33,581 bases of DNA from a virus. Position 1 is the first letter of the stretch; each line of letters begins with the position of its first letter. A model generated the notes under the pieces. The model was not told the DNA's origin and searched no databases. It saw nothing but the letters and a program-made list of their open reading frames with translations. The stretch lies in the IMG/VR virus record IMGVR_UViG_3300021326_000150. One strand, given 5' to 3'. Of this stretch, positions 1 through 9,497 are shown piece after piece. The position numbers and the translations under genes were made by a program.

Positions 1-77
1 CAATATTTTATTAAAAAAGTTAATGATAACTGAACAAGTGTAATTTTAAGAATGTTAAATTTAACGTCAATGAGAAA

Positions 78-570
78 TTGCAATTTAGTTGCAATTTTTC
101 CCCTAAGAATTGCAATTTTATTGCAATTAATTGCAATTCCAAAAATCGAAAAACCCCGCATATCCGTTTTTGACCCTATTTTAATGCAAGTTGCAATTCA
201 GTATTTAAAAGTTGCAATAGTTGCAATTGTGAATGTTTACACGAATGTATATAAATTATTGTAGTATATTACGAAAGTGCCGAACAGCTACTGGGACAGA
301 TGTATCACTTCCTACCCCCATTTTTCGACCTTTGGCTGGCATACCAAGGAAATGTATATATTACGATATATGTATTACAATCCTTGAAGCTTCCTGCAAG
401 CAAACACCATACCCCCAAAAACTGCAATTGCCGTTTTATTTTTTTTTCAAAACCCAAAATTAAACACTTTTCAACATTTGTTCAAAAGTTGCAATTCCAA
501 AATTTGAGTTGCAATTCCAGTTGCAACTGTTGCAATTTTTGTTGCAATAGAATTGCAATTAATTGCAATA
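78..570. repeat. Bipartite array of ~15 TTGCAA(T) palindromic motifs flanking a ~250-bp core
   Basis: Copies at 78, 89, 110, 121, 131, 191, 212, 221 and 489, 509, 521, 530, 542, 553, 563. The 18-bp palindrome ATTGCAATTAATTGCAAT occurs at 120-137 and 552-569. Confidence 0.9.
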
Positions 571-626
571 CCTATAAAATATAGTTGTGATAAAAATATG
601 TGTGTTAAGGATTGGAGTGAAATTTC

Positions 627-1745
627 ATGGATGAAAAAACTCTTGAAAAAAGTGATAATGGTATTGGCCAGGAATTCGAGGTAAAGAAAAATACGGCCAA
701 TTCAAATAGGATAACATTCAGCAGTAAATTTTTTGCTGTCGGTGATAATGTTTATATTCTAACTGAAAGCGAACGCTTTGACTTGATGAAACAACAAGAC
801 CAGATAGATGAATACAAGGCCAGAATCAAAGAGCTTGAAAATATACTAGCTGATGCACCAACTGACATTGACGTTGACGATTTACAGGATCAGCTCAAGA
901 AAAAAGATGAAACAATAGCTACATTGAAAGATAGAGTTGATTCACTTGGAAAAGAGCTTGAAGAACGTAAGGATGTTAAAGTCGAATCTGTTGAAGATAT
1001 TGAATCATTAAAAGAAGAATTGGAAGGTGCTGAAAGTCAAGTCAAATATTGGAAAGGTGCATATGAAAATCTTATGGAATCTTCAGATGGCCTTGCAGCT
1101 AGAAATGAAGAATTGATAAAAGAAAATGATCAACTGAAAAATGCCAACACTAACATTAACGAAACCAATAAGTTACTTAATGACAATATCATTGGCATTA
1201 ACAATAACTATAAGGAATCCAAAGCCGAAATCCAGTCCGCTTTTGAAGAAAGAGAAAATGAATTAAAAGAAACTATCAAAAAACAACAAGCACATATAGA
1301 TGACTTAAGCGAAAAAGTAGAAAGTCTCTCCGGTCTTAAAGAATATATTCCACCTAAACAACATTACGATGAAATCGATAGCTTGAAAGATAAAGTTAAA
1401 GATGCAAAACTTGAATTAGATAAACTTCAGGCTGAAGTTGATATGAAACTTTCAAAACAGAAATCTGAAATTGAAGTTAATCATACCGAAGAAAAAGCAC
1501 AAATGCTTATAGCTTACACTCAAGAAATAAATAGCTACAAATTGAAATATAATGAACTTGCAAAAGATTATAACCATTTACTTGGAGATGCAAGCTCATT
1601 ATCAAGAACAAGTGTATTATTCAGCGGTAGGCACAAGACTATTGTTAAAGATAAAGAACCTGTGGAACTTGAAGAGATAGAGGTGGAAAAAGAACCTACA
1701 GAAACAATAGAATATGTGCCTAAAGATACGCTTACTATAGTTTAA
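627..1745 (+). CDS. Long coiled-coil protein with a possible N-terminal AbrB/swapped-hairpin-like DNA-binding domain
   Basis: 372 aa, E/K/L-rich heptads over about 300 aa. N-terminal VKKNTANSNRITFSSKFFAVGDNVYIL resembles AbrB-like beta-hairpins. GGAG RBS upstream. Confidence 0.7.
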   Translation: MDEKTLEKSDNGIGQEFEVKKNTANSNRITFSSKFFAVGDNVYILTESERFDLMKQQDQIDEYKARIKELENILADAPTDIDVDDLQDQLKKKDETIATLKDRVDSLGKELEERKDVKVESVEDIESLKEELEGAESQVKYWKGAYENLMESSDGLAARNEELIKENDQLKNANTNINETNKLLNDNIIGINNNYKESKAEIQSAFEERENELKETIKKQQAHIDDLSEKVESLSGLKEYIPPKQHYDEIDSLKDKVKDAKLELDKLQAEVDMKLSKQKSEIEVNHTEEKAQMLIAYTQEINSYKLKYNELAKDYNHLLGDASSLSRTSVLFSGRHKTIVKDKEPVELEEIEVEKEPTETIEYVPKDTLTIV

Positions 1746-1757
1746 CATTAACGACGA

Positions 1758-2318
1758 CTATTCCTTATCCTCAATTGATTCCAGAATCTCATCCATCAAT
1801 TTGTTAGTGTCAATGTTATTTTCTTCGCCTATTTCGTATTCTATAACAGAACCAACAATTTTATCGAGAGATCTATCCTGAATAGCTGACACTACCCTTA
1901 ATTTTTTGTGAGTATCTGGATCTACTTTAACATTAATTCTTTTTCTTGGATTTCCTTTATCCAATATCTTATCGTTAATGTCATAAGTTAGATTGTCAAT
2001 GTCATCCTGTTGTAATAAATCAAATCCATCATTACCCTTTTCAAATGATACTTTAACATATTCAACAATATCCAGCCCTTCAATTTTATCTTCCAATATG
2101 GATGTTGCTATTGTTTCTAATGTAGTCTCTTTTGCAGTAGCTATTATTTTCAATGCCTTATGGGTATTTGGAAATAACTTGACTGTTATTTGTTTTTTAG
2201 GAAAAGCTTTCATTTCGTCCATATAGTCTTCACGCACTTGTTTTAAACTTTTTTCACGCTGTATTTGCTTTTTAATTAGCTCATCGAATTTATCATTTGT
2301 CATGTTATACCTCTCCAA
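1758..2318 (-). CDS. Protein with two ribbon-helix-helix (CopG/ParG-like) repeats
   Basis: Internal repeat KQITVKLFPNTHKALKIIA..TLETI..IL / KRINVKVDPDTHKKLRVVS..SLDKI..VI, a strand-helix-helix pattern. Confidence 0.7.
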   Translation of the reverse strand: MERYNMTNDKFDELIKKQIQREKSLKQVREDYMDEMKAFPKKQITVKLFPNTHKALKIIATAKETTLETIATSILEDKIEGLDIVEYVKVSFEKGNDGFDLLQQDDIDNLTYDINDKILDKGNPRKRINVKVDPDTHKKLRVVSAIQDRSLDKIVGSVIEYEIGEENNIDTNKLMDEILESIEDKE

Positions 2319-2484
2319 TTAATTATGTAATTGCACTATTATGTAGTTACATTTATTATCTAGTTAGAATATAATATATTATTAATTGTATATAAACCTA
2401 TGCTAAGATATTAAATTGCAAATATCATTTAGATTGGTTTAATAGAACTACACATTCCGTTTAATAATCTAAATAGGTGTAATT

Positions 2485-3420
2485 ATGAGTAAATATGAAA
2501 ATAAACCAAATATCTTTGAGGATTTACGTTCAGAATATGAAAATTCAAATTGTGGAATATATAAGATTACCAATGTGATAAATAATAAAGCATACATTGG
2601 TCAATCAACTGACATCAAAACTAGATGGAATAACCATAAACTTGAATTAAAAAAGAATATTCATAAGAATTCTCATTTACAAAATGCTTTTAATAAATAT
2701 GGCGAAGAAGCGTTTGAATTTAGAATACTTGAGGAAACTTTTGAAGAAAACCTAGATAATGCTGAAGAATATTGGATTAATTATTTTGATTCAACTAATC
2801 CTAGAAAAGGTTATAATCTCAAATATGGAGGTAATCATTCTAAAAATATAGAAGAGGTTCAGGAGCATATAAATCGAGTTAGAGAATTAAGAAGGCATGA
2901 AGCCCATTATTTTAAAATGAGACATATTAATGATAATGGTGGAATTTCAAGATTATATGAAATGGCAAAAGAAAATAAAACTCAAAAAGAAGCATCATTA
3001 GAATTAAATCTTCCTCAAGTGTATATCACTGAATATTTAAATGAACAAGGCATTTCTGGTTGGAAGGAACTAGTCGATGATGCTAGAGGTTTCAAAGATG
3101 ATTATTCAATCATTGATGAAAAAGGAGGTGTTATATTTATCATGGACCAATTAGTCAATGGAAAGTCATATAAAAGAATAGCTGACGACTTCAATGTTAA
3201 AAGCAAGTTCATTAAAGATTATATGAGTTTTAAAGGAATCGATCCAGATGAAATAAAAAAACATATTTCAAAATGGGCTGTTGAATTAGAGTTGGAAAAT
3301 TTTGGTGGCGTAAATTATATTAAAAAGAATTTAAAACTTGGATTGTCACTTAATGAGATTTCTGAAGAGTGTAAAATTCCCGTACCAACATTATCCAAGT
3401 ATTTGAAGGAACATGCATAA
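2485..3420 (+). CDS. GIY-YIG family endonuclease (free-standing, homing-type) with C-terminal HTH-like repeats
   Basis: CGIYKITN..NKAYIGQS..RWNNH..HKNSHLQNAFNKYG..F..ILE..EEYWI..GYN motif set. Confidence 0.92.
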   Translation: MSKYENKPNIFEDLRSEYENSNCGIYKITNVINNKAYIGQSTDIKTRWNNHKLELKKNIHKNSHLQNAFNKYGEEAFEFRILEETFEENLDNAEEYWINYFDSTNPRKGYNLKYGGNHSKNIEEVQEHINRVRELRRHEAHYFKMRHINDNGGISRLYEMAKENKTQKEASLELNLPQVYITEYLNEQGISGWKELVDDARGFKDDYSIIDEKGGVIFIMDQLVNGKSYKRIADDFNVKSKFIKDYMSFKGIDPDEIKKHISKWAVELELENFGGVNYIKKNLKLGLSLNEISEECKIPVPTLSKYLKEHA

Positions 3421-3459
3421 TATCATTTCATTTACCAACATTACTATTGGAAAAATAAG

Positions 3460-3506
3460 CTGTCCATCTCTGATGGACAGGTTGCGACGAGCTATGCGAG
3501 TCGCAA
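3460..3506. other. Two adjacent hairpins downstream of the GIY-YIG gene (terminator or structured element)
   Basis: CTGTCCATC-TCT-GATGGACAG (3460-3480) and TTGCGAC-GAGCTATGCGA-GTCGCAA (3482-3506). Confidence 0.7.
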
Positions 3507-3640
3507 TAGGTATATACTGAATAATTAGTAATTGGTTGATGATTTAATACACTAACATTAACATTAACGTTAGTGTTTCTAGAAAAATAATTCTCTTACT
3601 GGAATAAAATTTTGAGTGGAAAAAGTAACGTTAACATTAG

Positions 3641-4576
3641 CTATTGCTGATAGTTAGTTACTAAAATTTCATTAATGGCTCCTCTTTTTTTACCGTTAGA
3701 GTTAATTGACCTTTTAGCTTTAACTCTTTCGATATTAAAGTCACCATATAAGTCATCAAAGAAATTATCATCCGGGTCTTCATTCTTAGGGTCTGAATTA
3801 CTTAGAATAGCTTTAGCACCTTTATCTGAAATTCTTTTATAGAATCCCCCAAGTTCAATTTGATGTTCGTCAGTAAATTCAAATCCAGCATATGTTGTAA
3901 AATTAGATTTGCTTGATAATGGCCTATATGGTGGATCTAAATAAACTAAAGAGTTTTCATCAATTAAGTCTTCTGATACATCATAATTTCCGTTAATGAT
4001 ATTTGTATGCTTTAATGTCTTACTAACGGCTTTAATATTTTTATCATCACAGATTAAAGGGTTTTTATATTTACCATGAGGAACATTAAATTCACCATGT
4101 CTATTTAATCTAAATAAGCCGTTGAAGCAAGTTTTGTTCATGAATATTACCTGTGACGCCCTTACAACATGGGCATCAGAATAAGTCTCATAATCAAACT
4201 CTTTTACATCGTCATTAAAGTTAGTTCTAATATTTAGATAATATTCTTTCCTATCATCCTGTTCTAATGGAACATATTCTTCTTGTAAGTTAGATAATAA
4301 TTCAATTAAGTGCTTTGGGTCTTTTTTTATAACTTTATAGGTTAATATAAGCTCTGGATTAATGTCATAGATATAAGATTCTGTGACCTCATAGTTATTC
4401 ATTAAATCGAAGTATAATGCTCCACCACCAACAAAGACTTCAAAATATTTGTCTATCTTCCTAGATTTCTTTATTTCATCTGGAAACCTATCTTCGATTG
4501 TTGTTAATAGCTGGGATTTTCCACCAGCCCATTTTAAAAATGGTTTTGCACCCAAATTATTATCATACTTAAGCAT
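3641..4576 (-). CDS. dam: Dam/DpnM-family N6-adenine DNA methyltransferase (probably GATC)
   Basis: AKPFLKWAGGK, YFEVFVGGGA, FNGLFRLN..G.FNVP.G.Y, VYLDPPY, ILSNS motifs. Start placed at the ATG at 4576 (MLKYDNN) rather than 4630. Confidence 0.95.
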   Translation of the reverse strand: MLKYDNNLGAKPFLKWAGGKSQLLTTIEDRFPDEIKKSRKIDKYFEVFVGGGALYFDLMNNYEVTESYIYDINPELILTYKVIKKDPKHLIELLSNLQEEYVPLEQDDRKEYYLNIRTNFNDDVKEFDYETYSDAHVVRASQVIFMNKTCFNGLFRLNRHGEFNVPHGKYKNPLICDDKNIKAVSKTLKHTNIINGNYDVSEDLIDENSLVYLDPPYRPLSSKSNFTTYAGFEFTDEHQIELGGFYKRISDKGAKAILSNSDPKNEDPDDNFFDDLYGDFNIERVKAKRSINSNGKKRGAINEILVTNYQQ

Positions 4577-4690
4577 ACTATAATGTTTATGAAAAATTAT
4601 TATATAAATGTAATTAGAGAGCGTTTGCAAAGTATTATAAGCTATTTTATAAATACTTTTAAATAGTGAATTTGTTTTTTGGAGTGAATA

Positions 4691-5161
4691 TTGATGGTAA
4701 AGACGGATACAGGTTATGAAGTCTATTTTGCACCAGGAAGATTTGATAAATGGTGTGTTTATTTAACTGATGATGCAAACAAAAAAACAATCCCATTGGA
4801 CAAAGATTATTTCCAATGGATTCTTGATTTATCCAAGAAATATGGAGTAGATCAAGTATATTCTGATTTTCTCATAGTCTATGAAGCTGCTGATGAAATA
4901 TTTGATGAGGATGAATGTTACTCAATCTGTAGTGAAGTGGATAAACATTATGAAGAGGATACAACTCACTGGTGGGTAATATACTATATGACAATGGTTG
5001 CAGAATGTAAAAAGAAAAACGCTATATTAAAAAAGAGAATTAAACATTTGGGTGTATATAATATTTTATTTGATGGATATGATGTAGATTATGTTACTAA
5101 ATATATGAGAGGCAAGGGTTGGAGATATTTAGACAAATTGATGAAAGAAAGAGGAATTTAA
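4691..5161 (+). CDS. Hypothetical protein inserted in opposite orientation between the methylase and endonuclease genes
   Basis: 156-aa ORF with FAPGRFDKWCVYL and IYYMTMVAE..K..ILKKRIK.LG motifs. GGAG RBS. Confidence 0.75.
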   Translation: MMVKTDTGYEVYFAPGRFDKWCVYLTDDANKKTIPLDKDYFQWILDLSKKYGVDQVYSDFLIVYEAADEIFDEDECYSICSEVDKHYEEDTTHWWVIYYMTMVAECKKKNAILKKRIKHLGVYNILFDGYDVDYVTKYMRGKGWRYLDKLMKERGI

Positions 5162-5166
5162 TTCCT

Positions 5167-6027
5167 CTATAAATTATCTAAGAAGTCATCAAGTAGTTTA
5201 TCAAGCATGTGATAATTAAAGATGAAATCTATATTTGCGCCTGCATTCATTAATGATGACATCATCTTTTTCCAACCAAAACCATCAGTTATCCATAAGA
5301 ATATTAAATCAGTTTCATTAATCTCATTTTGAAGGTCAGCGTAAGCATGCGCAACTTCTATTGGTTTACTACCTGTTGAATTGTAGAAATTACATTCAAA
5401 TACAATTTTTGGAGTATTATGTTTATAAATAACAAAATCAAATCTTTTATTTCTATCAATAGCTGAAACAAACTCTTCTGCCATGAAAGTGATGCCTTCA
5501 CGAGTTTCTAATTTTTCTTCAAGTAAAGTTCCAACAGCATCTTCAAATATATGTCCGCTTCTATTTTTTCTTGCATTTGTATCCAGCCCAACTTCAGTTC
5601 CGACTAGATATGAATATAAATCATCAATGTTATTAAATAAATCTAATAAACCGGTTTTAATTGAAAAGTCAACGATTTCTTCAACATCAAAACTATTTTT
5701 TGAAAAATTAACTTTCTTTGAAGATTTGGTTTTTAAATTAAAGATTGGAACTTTTTTATTCCTAATTGCTAATATTAATGGTAATAATGGAACCACTTCA
5801 GGATAATTAACAATAATTTCTCTAAATTTAGCTTCTGATTCACTAGCTGGAATTTTATTTAAGCTATTTAAAATACTAATTTCTACTACCTTATCTTCAA
5901 GATTAGCGTATACTTTCTCCCAATTTACGTAAAATTCGTATGTATGATTTGATTCAAGTAATGTATTTAAAAAATCATTTGAAAATTCATCTAAGGATGA
6001 ATATCCTATTCGTTTATAATTAACCAT
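5167..6027 (-). CDS. DpnII-family type II restriction endonuclease
   Basis: YL.GTEVGLDTNARKNRSG..E, KRFDFVI, FECNFY..GSK..E.A.AY..LQ, FLWITDG.GW motifs typical of DpnII/MboI-like enzymes. Confidence 0.92.
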   Translation of the reverse strand: MVNYKRIGYSSLDEFSNDFLNTLLESNHTYEFYVNWEKVYANLEDKVVEISILNSLNKIPASESEAKFREIIVNYPEVVPLLPLILAIRNKKVPIFNLKTKSSKKVNFSKNSFDVEEIVDFSIKTGLLDLFNNIDDLYSYLVGTEVGLDTNARKNRSGHIFEDAVGTLLEEKLETREGITFMAEEFVSAIDRNKRFDFVIYKHNTPKIVFECNFYNSTGSKPIEVAHAYADLQNEINETDLIFLWITDGFGWKKMMSSLMNAGANIDFIFNYHMLDKLLDDFLDNL

Positions 6028-6158
6028 AATTTCACCAAAGCCCTTAACTATGATTATCTCTTTATTATATGCTTATAAATATTTTACTAACAATTAATTG
6101 ATAATATTTTTATTATATCGTTTACAAAATAATATTAGTTTATTTTTAACAATGGATT

Positions 6159-6464
6159 GTGATAAAAATGGCAAACAATAGATTAGGGCTTGAAAGGATG
6201 ATGAATCTTTGTGATAAACTACAAAAAAAGCAAATCGACTTTGTTAGTTTTATAGAACAATTTGAAAGCATTTGTTTTAATGATATAAGTTCCGATGCGA
6301 TGGATAACTTTAAAGATGGTTGGAGTAGAGGAGAGGTAACTAATTTAATGAAACATGTCTTACGTGCTTATGATAATGATGCAAAAGCTTTAAGACGTCT
6401 TGAAGTAGATTTATTCCTTGAAGATTATGACTTAAGCAATGATCTTGAAGTCATACATTTTTAA
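6159..6464 (+). CDS. Hypothetical protein
   Basis: 101-aa ORF with normal composition. No family recognised. Confidence 0.6.
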   Translation: MIKMANNRLGLERMMNLCDKLQKKQIDFVSFIEQFESICFNDISSDAMDNFKDGWSRGEVTNLMKHVLRAYDNDAKALRRLEVDLFLEDYDLSNDLEVIHF

Positions 6465-6467
6465 TAA

Positions 6468-6866
6468 TTAAAATTTCTCAATGTCTCTGTTATGGATCCA
6501 TTCACGATGTTTTCCAATAGCTACATTAACAATAACGTCAATTAAATCAAGTTCATCTTCTTGTTTGAAATAGTAACGGCCAGGTCCTTCCATTATTTGT
6601 CTTAAATCATAGAATGGTTTTGGTTTAATTGCATTTGGATTCATTAAGCCATAATTTTTCAATAGCTTTACATTAGTTGGTTCGTATTTTTCAAGTTTGG
6701 ATTTCTGGACTTTGGTTGCAACAGTCTTTTCTTTCCTGTCAAATAGTATAGCTATTTGTGAACTGTCAATTAATATGCTTGATTCAATCAGCAGCAATTT
6801 AATTTCCTTACCTTTAACTGTTATTGTTGTTACATATGAATTATTATTATCTAAAAATAATTTCAT
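6468..6866 (-). CDS. Hypothetical protein, weakly RhuM/antirepressor-N-like DNA-binding domain
   Basis: SQIAILFDR..TV and FYDLRQIMEG..RY resemble the RhuM-like pattern. Weak similarity only. Confidence 0.45.
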   Translation of the reverse strand: MKLFLDNNNSYVTTITVKGKEIKLLLIESSILIDSSQIAILFDRKEKTVATKVQKSKLEKYEPTNVKLLKNYGLMNPNAIKPKPFYDLRQIMEGPGRYYFKQEDELDLIDVIVNVAIGKHREWIHNRDIEKF

Positions 6867-6925
6867 TTTATAGCCTCTGATATATATTATAGCTATTATC
6901 TGCTTTATATTTTTTTAAAAATAGG

Positions 6926-6954
6926 TAGCTGGGAGAGGGTCTAATTCCCAGCTA
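6926..6954 (-). terminator. Hairpin downstream of the capsid operon
   Basis: TAGCTGGGA...TCCCAGCTA 9-bp stem, followed on the minus strand by CCTATTTTT, ~160 bp after the last capsid gene. Confidence 0.55.
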
Positions 6955-7112
6955 ATTCGGATTTGGAGTTTTTAAACTCGTAGCAGAAGATGTAGTGAAG
7001 AAAAACAATTGAAAACTCCACTATATCAACCTGAGATAGTAATATTCTTTTTCCCCTACACGCATCTCTTAACGAAAGGGCAGATAAATATTTAGGAGAT
7101 TTTACTATGGCT

Positions 7113-8045
7113 TTATGCTCTGAAATTACCTTTGATTATTCTATTAGGTGCGTTCATTAACACACCGACGGAGGAAAGTATGAATAGCTTTGTATACATA
7201 GGTAATTCATCACGAATGTCCTTGCGCATGAATTCAATTAATGGATAGAAATCGTACATCTCACCGTCCGGGCCTAAAGGTGCAACGGTTGTTCCTGTAG
7301 TCCTGGAGTATAACAATTTCATTCCGGGGTTAATGTAGTCCATACCAATATAGGTTTTGTCACCCATCTCAGCACCACCGTCACAGACAGCAGTTCCAAG
7401 GATATCAATATTATCAACGCCATAATAGCTTTTGATTAATTCTACCGGTTCAACTTGTCTGTTGCTTGAGAATATGTCAGATTTTAAAGTTGTTAATGAT
7501 TTATAGCTTACGGCCATACTGTTTAAGTTAGCATAGCTTCCAGCTGATTCTTTGAATTTCTCTTGAGCTTTGAGGATGGTCATACCGGTATCGTCACCAG
7601 ATTCAAAGTCATAGGTTGCAACTTTGGATGAATTCATTATCATGTCAATAGCTGCCTTTTCAATACTTCGGCCGATAAGAATACCGACATCCTGAAGCAT
7701 ATCATTAACAGAGATTAAATTGGAATCGAGCATTTGTGCGGAAACGTTTAATACTCCACCGATAGTGTCAATGGAGATAGTTTCACTGATTGGTTTTCTT
7801 ACGTTTAATTCCTGAAGGGTTGCACCTGGAGCAATGTCTTTGGCCTCTCCAAGTACACCTGCCTGAATAGCTTCCTCGATATTAACTCTTTGAGACATGT
7901 AAGTGTAATACTGGCTGTTTTCTTCTATCTCTTGCTTTGGAAGTAATCTGGTGAATTTCATCCATTTGGCTGAAGTGTCAGCAACAATTTGAGCCATTAC
8001 TTCATTTTGTACTTTAGCATCATTTCCTTTTGTTAACATTAACAT
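7113..8045 (-). CDS. Major capsid protein paralog 2 (HK97-like fold)
   Basis: 310 aa. GEAKDIAPGATLQELNVRKPISETISIDTIGGVLNVS..LDS is an E-loop/P-domain-like pattern, then backbone helix D...IGRSIEKAAI. Lies downstream of a decoration gene. Confidence 0.8.
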   Translation of the reverse strand: MLMLTKGNDAKVQNEVMAQIVADTSAKWMKFTRLLPKQEIEENSQYYTYMSQRVNIEEAIQAGVLGEAKDIAPGATLQELNVRKPISETISIDTIGGVLNVSAQMLDSNLISVNDMLQDVGILIGRSIEKAAIDMIMNSSKVATYDFESGDDTGMTILKAQEKFKESAGSYANLNSMAVSYKSLTTLKSDIFSSNRQVEPVELIKSYYGVDNIDILGTAVCDGGAEMGDKTYIGMDYINPGMKLLYSRTTGTTVAPLGPDGEMYDFYPLIEFMRKDIRDELPMYTKLFILSSVGVLMNAPNRIIKGNFRA

Positions 8046-8052
8046 TCACCTC

Positions 8053-8991
8053 TTATGGCCTGCAAGTACCTTTTAAAGCAAGACCAGGTTTATTTAATAA
8101 TATACCTACTTTACTTTGTATAAATAACTTTGTATATTGAGGTAACTCATCGTAGATATCTTTACGCATGATTTCAATGATAGGATAGAAGTCTGCAATG
8201 TTTTCATCGCTTGTAATAGGTGCAACAGTAGTTCCAGAAGATTTGGAATACAATACTGTTAATGGTGCATTACGGAGATCAAAACCAATGTAGTCTTTAT
8301 CACCAATTAATGAACCGCCGTCAGCTTGGGTTGTTCCTAAAAGATCTATATTATCAATACCGTAGTATGCTTTAATATCTTCTACAGGTTGTACACGTTT
8401 GTTACTTGCGTAAGCTAATTGTTTAACATAGCTTAATGTCTTGTAAGACTCAGCCATTATTGTTAAATCTGCACCTGCTCCAGCATTACCTTTGAAAGCT
8501 TCTTGTGCTTTGATAACAAATTTACCGAAAGCATCCATAGTATCGTCAGTTTCACTGGTATTGTAAACAGGAACATTTGGAGAGCTTATTATGGTATCGT
8601 AAATGTTAAACTCAATACGATTAGCAATAACAGTTGCTACATCGCCTAATAAATCTTCAAATGAAACAATATCTGAATCAAAGACATCTTTATTAACATT
8701 AAGGACTCCACCAACAGTATCAATGGAGATAGTGTCTGTTACTGGTTTTCTGATGTTTAATTCTTGAAGGCTTGCGCCTGGAGCAATGTCTTTGGCCTCA
8801 CCAAGAAGACCTTTTTTAATAGCTTCATCAAGATTAATGTTTTGTCTAAAGTAAGTATAATAATCTGAGTTCTCTTTAATTTCTTGTTTAGGAAACAATC
8901 TAGCTAATTTCAATCTTTTTGCGGTTTCATCAGTAATAGTTTGAGCTATTACCTCGTTTTGAACTTTGGTATTATTTCCTTTTGTAATCAT
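8053..8991 (-). CDS. Major capsid protein paralog 1 (HK97-like fold)
   Basis: 312 aa, colinear with 7113..8045 over its full length. The two share a 23-bp identical DNA stretch at 7825-7847 and 8777-8799. Confidence 0.8.
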   Translation of the reverse strand: MITKGNNTKVQNEVIAQTITDETAKRLKLARLFPKQEIKENSDYYTYFRQNINLDEAIKKGLLGEAKDIAPGASLQELNIRKPVTDTISIDTVGGVLNVNKDVFDSDIVSFEDLLGDVATVIANRIEFNIYDTIISSPNVPVYNTSETDDTMDAFGKFVIKAQEAFKGNAGAGADLTIMAESYKTLSYVKQLAYASNKRVQPVEDIKAYYGIDNIDLLGTTQADGGSLIGDKDYIGFDLRNAPLTVLYSKSSGTTVAPITSDENIADFYPIIEIMRKDIYDELPQYTKLFIQSKVGILLNKPGLALKGTCRP

Positions 8992-9004
8992 TCATTATCA
9001 CCAA

Positions 9005-9487
9005 CTATTCGGTTATGTCGTATGGTCTGAATACTTCAATGTATTTGTAATCATCTGAATTAGCTACAGGGTGCATTGCAATATATTCGCCGTCGTTTGA
9101 TTTAATAGCTCCAGTACTGCTTAAAGCTATTCTATCATTAACGGCAATGTTAGATAAACCGCTTGCTAATTTTAATCTGAATAAATGGCCTAATACAAGG
9201 ATGGCAGTTTTTCTTTTACCGCCAGTCATGGTAACTGGATCGTTAACTGCAATACCTAATATGATTTCACCGTCAGCTGCAGTGTATTTTTTAACTGTAG
9301 GTTTTCCAATATCTGAGTTAGCTGATAAGGTTACAGCGTCATCGACTTTGATTTTATCGCCTGCATACTCATATCCAGGAGTTTCTCCTGTTGGAGTTGT
9401 TACAGTAGTTGCAGTAATTGTACCTTCATCTAACAAGAAAGTTGTAACTTCTTTTCTTTCTTCAAGTAAAACAATTGCATCTGGCAT
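9005..9487 (-). CDS. Capsid decoration/cement protein (DUF2190-like)
   Basis: 160 aa, beta-rich: IKVDDAVTL, ILGIAVND, LVLGHLFRL, AVNDRIAL..GAI. Immediately precedes the capsid genes. Confidence 0.7.
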   Translation of the reverse strand: MPDAIVLLEERKEVTTFLLDEGTITATTVTTPTGETPGYEYAGDKIKVDDAVTLSANSDIGKPTVKKYTAADGEIILGIAVNDPVTMTGGKRKTAILVLGHLFRLKLASGLSNIAVNDRIALSSTGAIKSNDGEYIAMHPVANSDDYKYIEVFRPYDITE

Positions 9488-9497
9488 TATTAATGTC

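Noticed and set aside
52-584. Three short ORFs over the TTGCAA array
   Set aside because: Translations are repetitive products of the DNA motif (VAI/LQF/CN), lack RBS support and occur in all frames.
888-891. GATC avoidance linked to the DpnII-type system
   Set aside because: GATC sites are present (for example 888-891). Depletion cannot be established without counting against a null model.
627-1745. SMC ATPase or tape-measure protein
   Set aside because: No Walker A/B motifs. Highly charged rather than Ala/Gly-rich, and on the opposite strand away from the structural operons.
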